A stretch of 63,973 nucleotides of DNA, filler included, from an uncultured Methanosarcinales archaeon (GTDB lineage Archaea; Nanobdellota; Nanobdellia; Woesearchaeales; B54-G15): the NCBI GenBank assembly GCA_964519225.1. It is 5 parts of 5 records of this genome, joined end to end, with 100 filler letters (N's around TTAATTAATTAA, not from the genome) between each part and the next. Parts side by side here need not be neighbours in the genome. Positions count along the whole stretch, not along the records: positions 43,568 to 57,792 come from CAZFJK010000020.1; positions 57,893 to 63,973 come from CAZFJK010000033.1; 3 more parts are not named here. One strand, written 5' to 3'. The notes below the pieces were generated by a model. It saw nothing but the letters and a program-made list of their open reading frames with translations, made no database searches and had not been told where the DNA came from. Shown in pieces: positions 56,008-63,973 of the stretch. Positions within the stretch are counted from its first letter, which is position 1, and the number at the start of each line of letters is the position of its first letter. Made by a program: the position numbers and the translations under genes.

Positions 56008-56700
56008 TCAGCTTAGAGTAATAGCAGGCTTTTCCTTGCCAACAACAAAAACAAATTGCTTATCTGTTTCTATAACCTCTTCACCCACCAAAAGCCTTAC
56101 TTCTTTGTCTACGCCTTCGACTTTGCCAAGCATTCCAATATGCTTTCCTCCAGTAAGATAAACAACTGCTCCTTTTTCAAGCTTGAAGTGCTCAAGCACT
56201 TTTTGGCTCGGTAATTCAATAAGCAAACTGTCTCCAACTTTGACATCGCCATCATACAAAAAGTTCCTTCCATCAAATCCATTGAGCTGCATTTTCCCGC
56301 TTTTTACTTTCCTCTTTCCAACAACCTTACATAACTTTTTGTTCTTCTCACCAGCATTAATTCTAATAAGCTGAAGCTTTCCTTTAGTATTTATCACAAC
56401 CCTATAAGCTTCATTCAACTTTGGAAATTCAAGCACGTCCATCAAACCAACAATCATTTTCAACTCGCTTGCTTTAACACCATCAACAAGCACTTCACCA
56501 GCATTAACTATCTTTTTCGCTTCGTGTCTTGTTTTTGCATAACCGATCAAGTCCCTAAGGATAACCAAAAGAGGCAACCCTCTATCAATAGGGTGCTTCC
56601 CAGCCAGAGGTTTAATTATCCAAATATGTTTGCGCCTTGCAATAGGCCAAGTTCTTGGAGCTGCAAGCCTTTTAACGTGTTTTTCACCTACGCTTCCCAT
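56008..56700 (-). CDS. rps4e: 30S ribosomal protein S4e
   Basis: HVKRLAAPRTWPI.RK and GGKHIG motifs; start ATG 56700 after GGAGGT. Confidence 0.95.
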   Translation of the reverse strand: MGSVGEKHVKRLAAPRTWPIARRKHIWIIKPLAGKHPIDRGLPLLVILRDLIGYAKTRHEAKKIVNAGEVLVDGVKASELKMIVGLMDVLEFPKLNEAYRVVINTKGKLQLIRINAGEKNKKLCKVVGKRKVKSGKMQLNGFDGRNFLYDGDVKVGDSLLIELPSQKVLEHFKLEKGAVVYLTGGKHIGMLGKVEGVDKEVRLLVGEEVIETDKQFVFVVGKEKPAITLS

Positions 56701-56701
56701 T

Positions 56702-57091
56702 TTACCTCCTCTCAATCTGTTTCATTCTCATCTTATCTTCGAGATTTAACTCAGTAATCATCAGATTTGATACGTCAAACGGAACAGCAACCTTTCTTCC
56801 ATCGCGTTTTTCCCTCATAACATTTTCAAGATAAACCTTCATTCGTTTCAAATCAACCCTCGATACTTTTGCGACGGTTCCTTTAAATTCTCCTCTAACA
56901 ATCTTTACCTTGTCCCCTTTCCTCAATCTCAATGCCCGCTTACCATACTTCTTTTTCAATTCTTTTGAAAGATGACAATGCACAAGTTTTCCCTTAATAT
57001 GAAGAGGAGCATTATACCTATACTTTCTTTGTTTTCTTGGTTGTTTGCTTTTTATCCATTCCTTTGAAAATCTCTTTTTCATTTTAAACAA
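56702..57091 (-). CDS. rpl24: 50S ribosomal protein L24
   Basis: SKQPRKQRKYRYNAPLH and RKGDKVKIVRG motifs. Confidence 0.95.
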   Translation of the reverse strand: MFKMKKRFSKEWIKSKQPRKQRKYRYNAPLHIKGKLVHCHLSKELKKKYGKRALRLRKGDKVKIVRGEFKGTVAKVSRVDLKRMKVYLENVMREKRDGRKVAVPFDVSNLMITELNLEDKMRMKQIERR

Positions 57092-57485
57092 TTATACTAG
57101 CAAGTTTAGATATGCCGGGCCATCTGCTAGCCGCTTCTTTTGCAACAGGTCCCTTTATCAAAGTTCCTTTAGGATTTCCAGCCTTGTCCTTTACAACAAC
57201 AGCTGCATTATCTTCAAAAGCAATCCTCATACCATCAGGACGCCTGTATTCTTTCTTCTGCCTAACAATCACAGCCAACACAACCTGCTTTTTCATCTCA
57301 GGTTTTCCCTCTTTAACAGTAGCCATAATCATATCACCAACACCAGCACTTGGGTATCTGCCTTTTGTGGTTTTCCTTCTGAAAACAGCAAACATTCTTA
57401 TCATTTTTGCACCGCTGTTATCACAAACAGGGATATAACTACCAAAATTAATTCCCTTAGTTACTCTCGCTTTTACAGGTTTCAT
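57084..57485 (-). CDS. rpl14: 50S ribosomal protein L14
   Basis: DNSGAK, RRPDG..IAFEDNAAV and KGPVAKEAA motifs. Confidence 0.96.
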   Translation of the reverse strand: MKPVKARVTKGINFGSYIPVCDNSGAKMIRMFAVFRRKTTKGRYPSAGVGDMIMATVKEGKPEMKKQVVLAVIVRQKKEYRRPDGMRIAFEDNAAVVVKDKAGNPKGTLIKGPVAKEAASRWPGISKLASIIV

Positions 57486-57766
57486 TTTTTAGCTATGATT
57501 ACAAAATGCTTTGTTTTGCTCAATGGCCTTGTTTCTGCAATCATAACCTCATCACCAACATCTGCATCAATACAACTTGGATTATGAACCCTTATCTTCC
57601 TTAATCTCTTTTCATATCTTTCGTATTTCGGCAAATACCTCATTCGCTCAATAAGCACAGTCGCGCTTCTATGCAAATCCTTTGCAATAACAACGCCTTT
57701 CAATTTTCTTCCCCTTACCTTAACATTTCCATGGAAGGGGCATTTCTTATCTTTGCATTCAACCAT
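57482..57766 (-). CDS. rps17: 30S ribosomal protein S17
   Basis: C.DKKCPFHG, KYERYEKR and ETRPLSKTK motifs. Confidence 0.96.
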   Translation of the reverse strand: MVECKDKKCPFHGNVKVRGRKLKGVVIAKDLHRSATVLIERMRYLPKYERYEKRLRKIRVHNPSCIDADVGDEVMIAETRPLSKTKHFVIIAKK

Positions 57767-57792
57767 TTTTTATTTCCCTCTTCAATCTTTCT

Positions 57793-57892
57793 NNNNNNNN
57801 NNNNNNNNNNNNNNNNNNNNNNNNNNNNNNNNNNNNTTAATTAATTAANNNNNNNNNNNNNNNNNNNNNNNNNNNNNNNNNNNNNNNNNNNN
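57793..57892. other. Artificial contig linker
   Basis: N-run + TTAATTAATTAA + N-run. Confidence 0.98.
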
Positions 57893-58186
57893 ATTAAATT
57901 TGCTCCAATCGACAGATTTGATGGTTGGTAAAAACCTATGAAAATCAACATAAACCAAAATTTTAACCACGGCTGGGATAGATTTCATATAAATCTTTTG
58001 CACATCATTAGGATTTTTATGTATAAAAATTATAGCTGCATTAATATCGCCAAAATTTTCATACGTATCTGTAAAGATTTTTTTAGTAGTCAAATATCTT
58101 TCTGCATAGAAAGAGGAGCCATAAGATGGGGGTATTAGATACAAACTTGTTAATAAAATAAGAAAGATAAAAAGTTTTCTAATCAT
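57893..58186 (-). CDS. Secreted or membrane hypothetical protein, 3'-truncated
   Basis: Signal peptide; start overlaps the lemA stop. Confidence 0.6.
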
Positions 58187-58719
58187 CTTTCTTCTGCCAA
58201 TTTAAAAAATTCAAGTGGTTTAAATCCAAAAAGTTTTGCAACCAAGTTACTCGGAAACAATCTAACTAATTTATTATAATTTGAAATTTGTCCATTATAT
58301 TTATATCGTATTTTTTCTATTCTGTTTTCAATAGCTTGAATTTGCCTTGAAATGTTAATAAACTGTTTATTGGATCCCAAAAAGGGATATTTTTCATTAA
58401 CTTTGTACACAAGTACATTTATTGCAGAATTAAGTTTAAGTAAACCCTTTACCGACCCACTTTTTATAAAAGAGCCCCTCAAAGCTGCAATTTCTGTTAA
58501 TAAAGATTTTTCAAACTTTGTTTGTCTTTTTAGTAGTGCAACTAGTTCAGGAAGCAAGTCTATTTTTTTCTGAATAGGAATCTTCATTTTTCCTACTAAG
58601 TATTCTATTTCATTTTGAAAATATTTAAGTTTATTATATGTTTTTATAATGTAACGAATTATAAAAAATAAGACGACGGCAATGCTAAACGTTAAAATTA
58701 GAACTTTATATGTGAACAT
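58183..58719 (-). CDS. lemA: LemA family protein
   Basis: N-terminal TM; DLLPELV, EKYP.L, IENRI...R..YN and FPSNLVAKLFGF motifs. Confidence 0.88.
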   Translation of the reverse strand: MFTYKVLILTFSIAVVLFFIIRYIIKTYNKLKYFQNEIEYLVGKMKIPIQKKIDLLPELVALLKRQTKFEKSLLTEIAALRGSFIKSGSVKGLLKLNSAINVLVYKVNEKYPFLGSNKQFINISRQIQAIENRIEKIRYKYNGQISNYNKLVRLFPSNLVAKLFGFKPLEFFKLAEER

Positions 58720-58833
58720 TTCTAGGAATATAAAAAACTGCTATATAAATTTTCCTGAAGTTTCATTTTTACACAAAAACATTTTTAAAAACCACAACAA
58801 ATCTGAAAGATAAAAGAAGCAGAGAGGATAAAA

Positions 58834-59223
58834 ATGGTCAAATATCGAAATCCGGCTTTGGTGATTGTATTTACATTTATAACTTTTGGTATCTACGGAT
58901 TGTACTGGCTTGTTTCAACAACAAAAGAGTTGCACGAGCTAAAAGCAAAAGATGCACCAAATCCAATATTAGTGCTTTGGGCAGTTTTGATATCAATACT
59001 TGGTTCGGTTGCCAATGCTTTTGGAGCGTTCGTTGGAGTCATTCTTGTCTTTATAGCAGTCGGAATAATGATATGTTTTTATTGGAAATACTCCAAAGCA
59101 ATAGAGCAACTTTCAAAAGGGAAATATAGTTTTGTCTTGCTATTTGTTTTCTTCATAGCATTTGCTCTTGTTTCAATAGCGTTGTCACAGGCGACACTGA
59201 ACAGCTATGCGAAGAAAAAATAA
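58834..59223 (+). CDS. DUF4234-like membrane protein
   Basis: RNP.LVI..T.ITFGIY.LYW motif. Confidence 0.75.
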   Translation: MVKYRNPALVIVFTFITFGIYGLYWLVSTTKELHELKAKDAPNPILVLWAVLISILGSVANAFGAFVGVILVFIAVGIMICFYWKYSKAIEQLSKGKYSFVLLFVFFIAFALVSIALSQATLNSYAKKK

Positions 59224-59277
59224 AAATCCAAAAACCTTTTAAATAAAATCCTATTTTACCATCAAAACCATACCAAA

Positions 59278-59341
59278 GCCCATGATTGATGAGAGCAAAA
59301 CGAATTGCTCGAAAGAGGCAAAATTTATTCTTGCCTCTTTC
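59278..59341 (+). promoter_or_regulatory. rpl7Ae leader: tandem double kink-turn plus a competing 11-bp hairpin
   Basis: GCC-CAT-GA-TT-GAT-GA-GAGCAA-loop-TTGCTC-GA-AA-GA-GGC; competing stem GAAAGAGGCAA/TTGCCTCTTTC. Confidence 0.75.
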
Positions 59342-59381
59342 CGTTAAAAATCAATAATCAATAAAAATCAGGGTGAACAAA

Positions 59382-59813
59382 ATGCCAACAATAGAACTTT
59401 CAAAGGAAAAAGCTGAACAATTATACGAAGCAATTGAAATTGCAAGAAAAACAGGCAAGATCAAAAAAGGCACAAATGAAACAACAAAAGCTATTGAAAA
59501 GGGACAGGCAAAGATAGCGGTGATTGCAAAAGACGTAAACCCTCCAGAAGTTACAATGCACATTCCGCCTTTATGCGAAGAAAAAGGCATAACCTGTTTT
59601 GTTGTTCCAAGCAAAGAAGAACTCGGTGCTGTTGCTGGTTTAGCAGTTCCAACAGCTTCGGTTGCTATAATTGCCGAAGGCGACGCATCAAAACTTATTA
59701 AGGAATTGTTAGAAAGCAAGAAAGAAAAAGAAGAGGAAAAATCTAAAAAAGAAATAAAAAAAGTTGAGAAGAAGGTTGAGGAAAAACAACCCGAAGAAAA
59801 AACCAAAGAATAA
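59382..59813 (+). CDS. rpl7ae: 50S ribosomal protein L7Ae with Lys/Glu tail
   Basis: [18 protein letters not shown] and SKEELG motifs; ATG 59382 after GGGTGA. Confidence 0.96.
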   Translation: MPTIELSKEKAEQLYEAIEIARKTGKIKKGTNETTKAIEKGQAKIAVIAKDVNPPEVTMHIPPLCEEKGITCFVVPSKEELGAVAGLAVPTASVAIIAEGDASKLIKELLESKKEKEEEKSKKEIKKVEKKVEEKQPEEKTKE

Positions 59814-59815
59814 AA

Positions 59816-60103
59816 ATGGCAGTCAAAAAGATGCGGAAAAGAGAAAAGAAGAAAGAAACAGCAGCAAGAGGTATAAAATTTACTTCAGCTTATGCAGCAA
59901 GGATCGAGGAAATTATTGGAAGAACAGGCATGAGAGGTGAAGCAACACAAGTTAGAGTAAGAATCCTTGAAGGAAGGGACAAGGATAAAATAATGAGACG
60001 AAATGTAAAAGGGCCTGTTCAAATTGGCGATATACTAATGCTGAGAGAAACTGAAATCGAAGCAAGGCCATTAGAAAAGAAGGGGCGAATGGCTGGTGTC
60101 TAA
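59816..60103 (+). CDS. rps28e: 30S ribosomal protein S28e
   Basis: IIGRTG.RGEATQV and [16 protein letters not shown] motifs. Confidence 0.95.
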   Translation: MAVKKMRKREKKKETAARGIKFTSAYAARIEEIIGRTGMRGEATQVRVRILEGRDKDKIMRRNVKGPVQIGDILMLRETEIEARPLEKKGRMAGV

Positions 60104-60104
60104 A

Positions 60105-60287
60105 ATGCCGAAGTGTAGTTTTTGCGGCTCTAAGCTCAAAACCGGTACTGGGAAAATGTTTGTTAAGCGAGATGGAAAAATACTTTATTTTTGCAGTAAA
60201 AAATGCGAAAAAAACATGCTCAAGCTAAGAAGAAACCCTTCAAAAGTTAAATGGGTTACCAAAAAGAAAAAAGAAAGGAAAGGATAA
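60105..60287 (+). CDS. rpl24e: 50S ribosomal protein L24e
   Basis: CSFCG...[11 protein letters not shown]...FCSKKC...KW. Confidence 0.95.
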   Translation: MPKCSFCGSKLKTGTGKMFVKRDGKILYFCSKKCEKNMLKLRRNPSKVKWVTKKKKERKG

Positions 60288-60290
60288 AAA

Positions 60291-62462
60291 ATGCCGACCG
60301 ACGAAGAATTAATTCAAAAAGTAAAGGAGTTGATGAATAAACCAGCTCAGATTAGAAATATTGGCATAGCTGCACATATCGACCACGGAAAAACAACACT
60401 AAGCGATAGCCTAATTGCAGGAGCAGGAATGATAAGCGAAGCTGTCGCTGGTGAAAGATTAATACTTGATTTCGCAGAAGACGAGCAACTTAGAGGTATT
60501 ACCATTGATGCAGCCAACTGCAGTATGGTTCATACTTATGAAGATAAGGAATATCTTATCAACCTAATCGATACTCCAGGTCATGTTGACTTTGGCGGCG
60601 ACGTTACCAGAGCAATGAGGGCAGTTGATGGTGCAGTTGTTCTTGTTTGTGCTGTTGAAGGAATGATGCCACAGACAGAAACTGTTTTGCGTCAAGCATT
60701 AAAAGAGCGTGTAAAACCTGTTCTTTTCATCAATAAAGTTGACAGGCTAATAAAAGAATTAAAGCTAACGCCAGAACAAATGCAAGAACGCTTTATCAAA
60801 ATAATAGCGGGCGTCAATAAATTCATAGCAAGAATAGCCCCTCCTGAATTTAAAGAAAAATGGCAGGTTTCTGTTCAAGATGGAAGTGTTGCATTTGGCA
60901 GCGCATACCATAAATGGGCTTTAAGCCTACCCTATATGCAAAAACATAATATCACCTTCAAAGATATAATTGAAGCTTACCAAACAGAAATAGAATGGAA
61001 AAAGCTTTTCAGGAAAGCACCATTGCACCAGATAATACTTGATATGGTAATCAAACATCTGCCGGATCCAGTTGAAGCACAACATTATCGAATACCAAAA
61101 ATTTGGCATGGTGATCTAGACAGCGAAGTAGGAAAAGCTTTGCTCAACTGTTCTCCTGATGGTCCTGCTGCCTTTGTTGTTACAAAAATAGTTGTTGATC
61201 CGCACGCAGGAGAAATCGCTTCAGGAAGGCTTTTTTCAGGCATACTTCAAAAAGGCCAGGAAGTCTTTATGAATATGGCTAAGAAAAAAACACGCGTTCA
61301 AAATCTCTATGTTTACAAAGGACCTACAAGAATACCAATCGATAAGGCAGTTGCAGGAAACATCATTGGCATTGCAGGACTAAAAGGTGTTTATGCTGGT
61401 GAAACAGTAAGCAGCATTGAGATGGAACCTTTTGAAGCTTTAAAGCATCTGTTTGAACCTGTTGTAACAAAAGCTGTCGAGGCAGCAAAACCAAGCGACC
61501 TTCCAAAGCTAATCGAGGTACTTAAAACTGTAGCAAAAGAAGATCCATCTATCCAAGTTGAAATTAATGAAGAAACAGGAGAGCACCTCTTACATGGGAT
61601 GGGAGAACTTCATCTTGAAGTTATAGAAAATAGAATCAGGACAAAGAAAGGTGTTGACATTAAGACATCACCACCAATTGTCGTCTATAGAGAAACGGTC
61701 TTGAAAAGGTCTCCAGAAGTAGAAGGAAAAAGCCCGAACAAGCACAACAAGTTCTACATAGTTGTAGAACCGCTTGAAGATTCTATATATCAAGGAATTA
61801 AGGAAGGCGAAATACCAGAAATGAGAGCAAAGAAAAAGGACATGGCTTTATTAAAAGCACTCGAAGCAAGAGGAATGAGCAGCGACGATGCAAGAAAAGT
61901 TAGGGATATTTACAAGGGCAATATATTTATGGACATGACTCGCGGTATAGTACATATAGGTGAAGTTATTGAAATGGTTATGGATGCCTTTGAACAAGTT
62001 ATGTCAGCAGGCCCACTTGCAAGAGAACCATGCACCAAGATAAAAGTAATGCTCGTAGATTGTAAGCTGCACGAAGATGCAATTCACAGAGGTCCTGCGC
62101 AAGTAATCCCTGCAGTGAGAGATGCAATCAAAGGAGCAATAATGCAGGCAAGACCTGTACTTTTTGAACCAGTTCAAATAATGCAGTTTGAAGCACCAGC
62201 AGAATTTATAGGAGAGATTTCAAAGATTGTGCAGAACAGACGAGGTCAAATGCTTGAGATCAATCAAGAAGAACATCAGGTAACGATCAAAGCAAAGATT
62301 CCAGTTGGTGAAAGCTTTGGCTTATCGAATGATCTCCGCTCAGCGACACAAGGCAGGGGCGCTCAGTTTTTAGTAGACCAGTTTTTTGAAAAACTTCCAG
62401 ATGAGCTTCAAATGAAAATAATAAATCAAATAAGACAACGTAAAGGAATAAAAACAGAATAG
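60291..62462 (+). CDS. fusA: Elongation factor 2 (aEF-2)
   Basis: AHIDHGKTT, RGITI, DTPGHVDF and NKVD motifs; diphthamide loop HEDAIHRG intact. Confidence 0.97.
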   Translation: MPTDEELIQKVKELMNKPAQIRNIGIAAHIDHGKTTLSDSLIAGAGMISEAVAGERLILDFAEDEQLRGITIDAANCSMVHTYEDKEYLINLIDTPGHVDFGGDVTRAMRAVDGAVVLVCAVEGMMPQTETVLRQALKERVKPVLFINKVDRLIKELKLTPEQMQERFIKIIAGVNKFIARIAPPEFKEKWQVSVQDGSVAFGSAYHKWALSLPYMQKHNITFKDIIEAYQTEIEWKKLFRKAPLHQIILDMVIKHLPDPVEAQHYRIPKIWHGDLDSEVGKALLNCSPDGPAAFVVTKIVVDPHAGEIASGRLFSGILQKGQEVFMNMAKKKTRVQNLYVYKGPTRIPIDKAVAGNIIGIAGLKGVYAGETVSSIEMEPFEALKHLFEPVVTKAVEAAKPSDLPKLIEVLKTVAKEDPSIQVEINEETGEHLLHGMGELHLEVIENRIRTKKGVDIKTSPPIVVYRETVLKRSPEVEGKSPNKHNKFYIVVEPLEDSIYQGIKEGEIPEMRAKKKDMALLKALEARGMSSDDARKVRDIYKGNIFMDMTRGIVHIGEVIEMVMDAFEQVMSAGPLAREPCTKIKVMLVDCKLHEDAIHRGPAQVIPAVRDAIKGAIMQARPVLFEPVQIMQFEAPAEFIGEISKIVQNRRGQMLEINQEEHQVTIKAKIPVGESFGLSNDLRSATQGRGAQFLVDQFFEKLPDELQMKIINQIRQRKGIKTE

Positions 62463-62521
62463 AAAATTTTTTAAACAAATCAAGTGAAATAAAAAATAAT
62501 GCAAGGGGGTGAAAATTCAAA

Positions 62522-63808
62522 ATGGCTAAGGAAAAAACGCATATAAATCTTGTATTTATTGGCCACGTAGATCATGGTAAATCAACGACAGTAGGTAGGC
62601 TTTTGTTCGACACCGGCAGCATCGAAGAAGCAACACTAAGAAAACTAAAAGAAAAGGCACAAGAACTAGGAAAAGCAGGATTTGAGTTTGCATTCGTGAT
62701 GGACAATTTAAAAGAAGAGCGAGAAAGAGGTTTGACTATTGATCTTGCGCATAAACGATTCGAAACACAAAAATATTACTTTACAATCATCGATGCTCCT
62801 GGACACAGGGATTTCGTTAAAAACATGATTACTGGAGCATCACAGGCAGATGCTGGTGTCCTTGTTGTAGCTGCTAATGATGGTGTTATGGCACAGACAA
62901 AAGAGCACGTTTTCTTGGCTAGAACAATGGGTGTTAATCAGCTGATTGTAGCAATAAACAAGATGGATATTGTGAAATACGATGAAAAAAGATTCAACGA
63001 AGTTAAAGCAGATGTGGAAAAATTATTACAAACAGTGAAGTATGACATTAGCAAAATCCAGTTTATACCAATAGCAGCCTATCCTGGTGACAATGTCGTA
63101 AAGAAATCAGAAAATCTGTCTTGGTACAATGGACCTACTCTCTTAGAAGCACTCGATAACTTACAACCGCCAGAAAAACCAATTGATTTACCGCTTAGGC
63201 TACCAATCCAAGACGTTTATAATATTACTGGAATCGGCACGGTCCCTGTTGGCAGGGTAGAAACTGGTGTGATGAAAGTTGGCGATAAAGTCATTGTTGT
63301 TCCTGCAAGAGAAGGCAAAGGCGTTACCGGAGAAGTAAAAAGCATAGAAATGCATCATGAGCCGCTTGAAAAAGCTGAACCTGGCGATAATGTTGGCTTT
63401 AACATAAGAGGAGTTGGCAAAAAAGATATCGCACGTGGTGATGTTATCGGACATCCAGATACTCCTCCGACAATAGCAGAAGAATTCACAGCGCAGTTCG
63501 TTGTGCTAAATCATCCAACAGTTATTACTGTCGGCTATACACCAGTTTTCCACATTCACACAGCACAAGTGGCATGTCAGATTGCAGCAATCGAAAAGAA
63601 GCTTAATCCAGCAACTGGTGAAGTGCTTGAAGAAAATCCAGACTTTATTAAGAATGGTGATATCGCTATAGTTAAAATAAAGCCAGTGCAACCAGTAGTT
63701 ATAGAAAAGCAGAACGAAATTCCACAAATGTCAAGGTTTGCAGTCAGGGATATGGGACAAACAGTAGCTGCAGGAACCTGCGTTGAGCTTGTGAAGAAAC
63801 AGATCTAA
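62522..63808 (+). CDS. tuf: Elongation factor 1-alpha
   Basis: [24 protein letters not shown] and NKMD motifs. Confidence 0.97.
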   Translation: MAKEKTHINLVFIGHVDHGKSTTVGRLLFDTGSIEEATLRKLKEKAQELGKAGFEFAFVMDNLKEERERGLTIDLAHKRFETQKYYFTIIDAPGHRDFVKNMITGASQADAGVLVVAANDGVMAQTKEHVFLARTMGVNQLIVAINKMDIVKYDEKRFNEVKADVEKLLQTVKYDISKIQFIPIAAYPGDNVVKKSENLSWYNGPTLLEALDNLQPPEKPIDLPLRLPIQDVYNITGIGTVPVGRVETGVMKVGDKVIVVPAREGKGVTGEVKSIEMHHEPLEKAEPGDNVGFNIRGVGKKDIARGDVIGHPDTPPTIAEEFTAQFVVLNHPTVITVGYTPVFHIHTAQVACQIAAIEKKLNPATGEVLEENPDFIKNGDIAIVKIKPVQPVVIEKQNEIPQMSRFAVRDMGQTVAAGTCVELVKKQI

Positions 63809-63826
63809 AGCTTTAAAGAGGTCTAA

Positions 63827-63852
63827 TTTGTTTTTGTTTTTTCTTCTTTTTC
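63827..63852 (+). terminator. Oligo-T tract terminator after tuf
   Basis: TTTGTTTTTGTTTTTTCTTCTTTTTT immediately downstream of the stop. Confidence 0.55.
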
Positions 63853-63973
63853 TAAGAACTCTTTTAAATCATAAAGCTTTTTCTTACAGAGAGGCGGCTC
63901 TATCTTCTAACGCTAACTAAAAATCAAAAAACCAAAAGAAATATAAACAACTTCTTTTTCTTCTTTCAAAAAA

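Noticed and set aside
57767..57792. Possible 3' end of the RNase P p29 gene upstream of rps17
   Set aside because: Only 26 nt are visible before the linker. It is expected from gene order but cannot be supported from sequence.
14552..57892. Four TTAATTAATTAA elements within N-runs, considered as biological repeats or att sites
   Set aside because: They are identical 100-nt linkers with six-frame stops. The enclosed contigs fall in size order (14411, 14305, 14225 nt), indicating concatenation by length.
59286..59345. Hammerhead-ribozyme-like reading TTGATGA-stem-GAAA-stem-TT
   Set aside because: The core has U instead of C3 and stem I has only 2 bp. The double k-turn explains the same bases and fits the downstream L7Ae gene.
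62060..62095. Loss of the diphthamide target in EF-2
   Set aside because: The HEDAIHRG motif is intact, so nothing is unusual.
1..63973. CRISPR array, cas genes, rRNA, transposase or integrase
   Set aside because: I saw no regularly spaced repeat-spacer array and no recognisable motifs. The two-unit repeat in the tRNA intron is too short to be a CRISPR.

Overview
Low-GC archaeal DNA, most likely a DPANN (Woesearchaeota/Pacearchaeota-like) metagenome bin. The taxon is an inference from the archaeal ribosomal proteins, GatDE, AMP phosphorylase, bacterial-type gpmI/adk and many small pilin-like genes. The window is not continuous: five contigs are joined by artificial 100-nt N/TTAATTAATTAA linkers at 14552-14651, 29063-29162, 43468-43567 and 57793-57892, so adjacency across linkers means nothing. 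Housekeeping content includes dhs, gpmI, eno, gatD/gatE, four tRNAs, truD, adk, lonB, valS, the spc-like ribosomal/secY cluster and rpl7Ae-rps28e-rpl24e-EF2-EF1a. The most striking signals are: (1) a class III ribonucleotide reductase carrying an NrdR-type Zn-ribbon DNA-binding domain at its N-terminus, with a tandem pair of NrdR boxes just upstream, suggesting an enzyme that represses its own operon; (2) a tightly packed orphan operon of four small membrane proteins, a long coiled-coil protein, a classic AAA ATPase and an MCM-like ATPase; (3) a tRNA-Gln with a 112-nt T-loop intron built from two repeated structured units; (4) a tandem double kink-turn with a competing hairpin in the rpl7Ae leader; (5) LAGLIDADG inteins in AMP phosphorylase and NrdD; (6) an apparent ATT start codon for the RNR activase; and (7) several genes missed by the ORF track.
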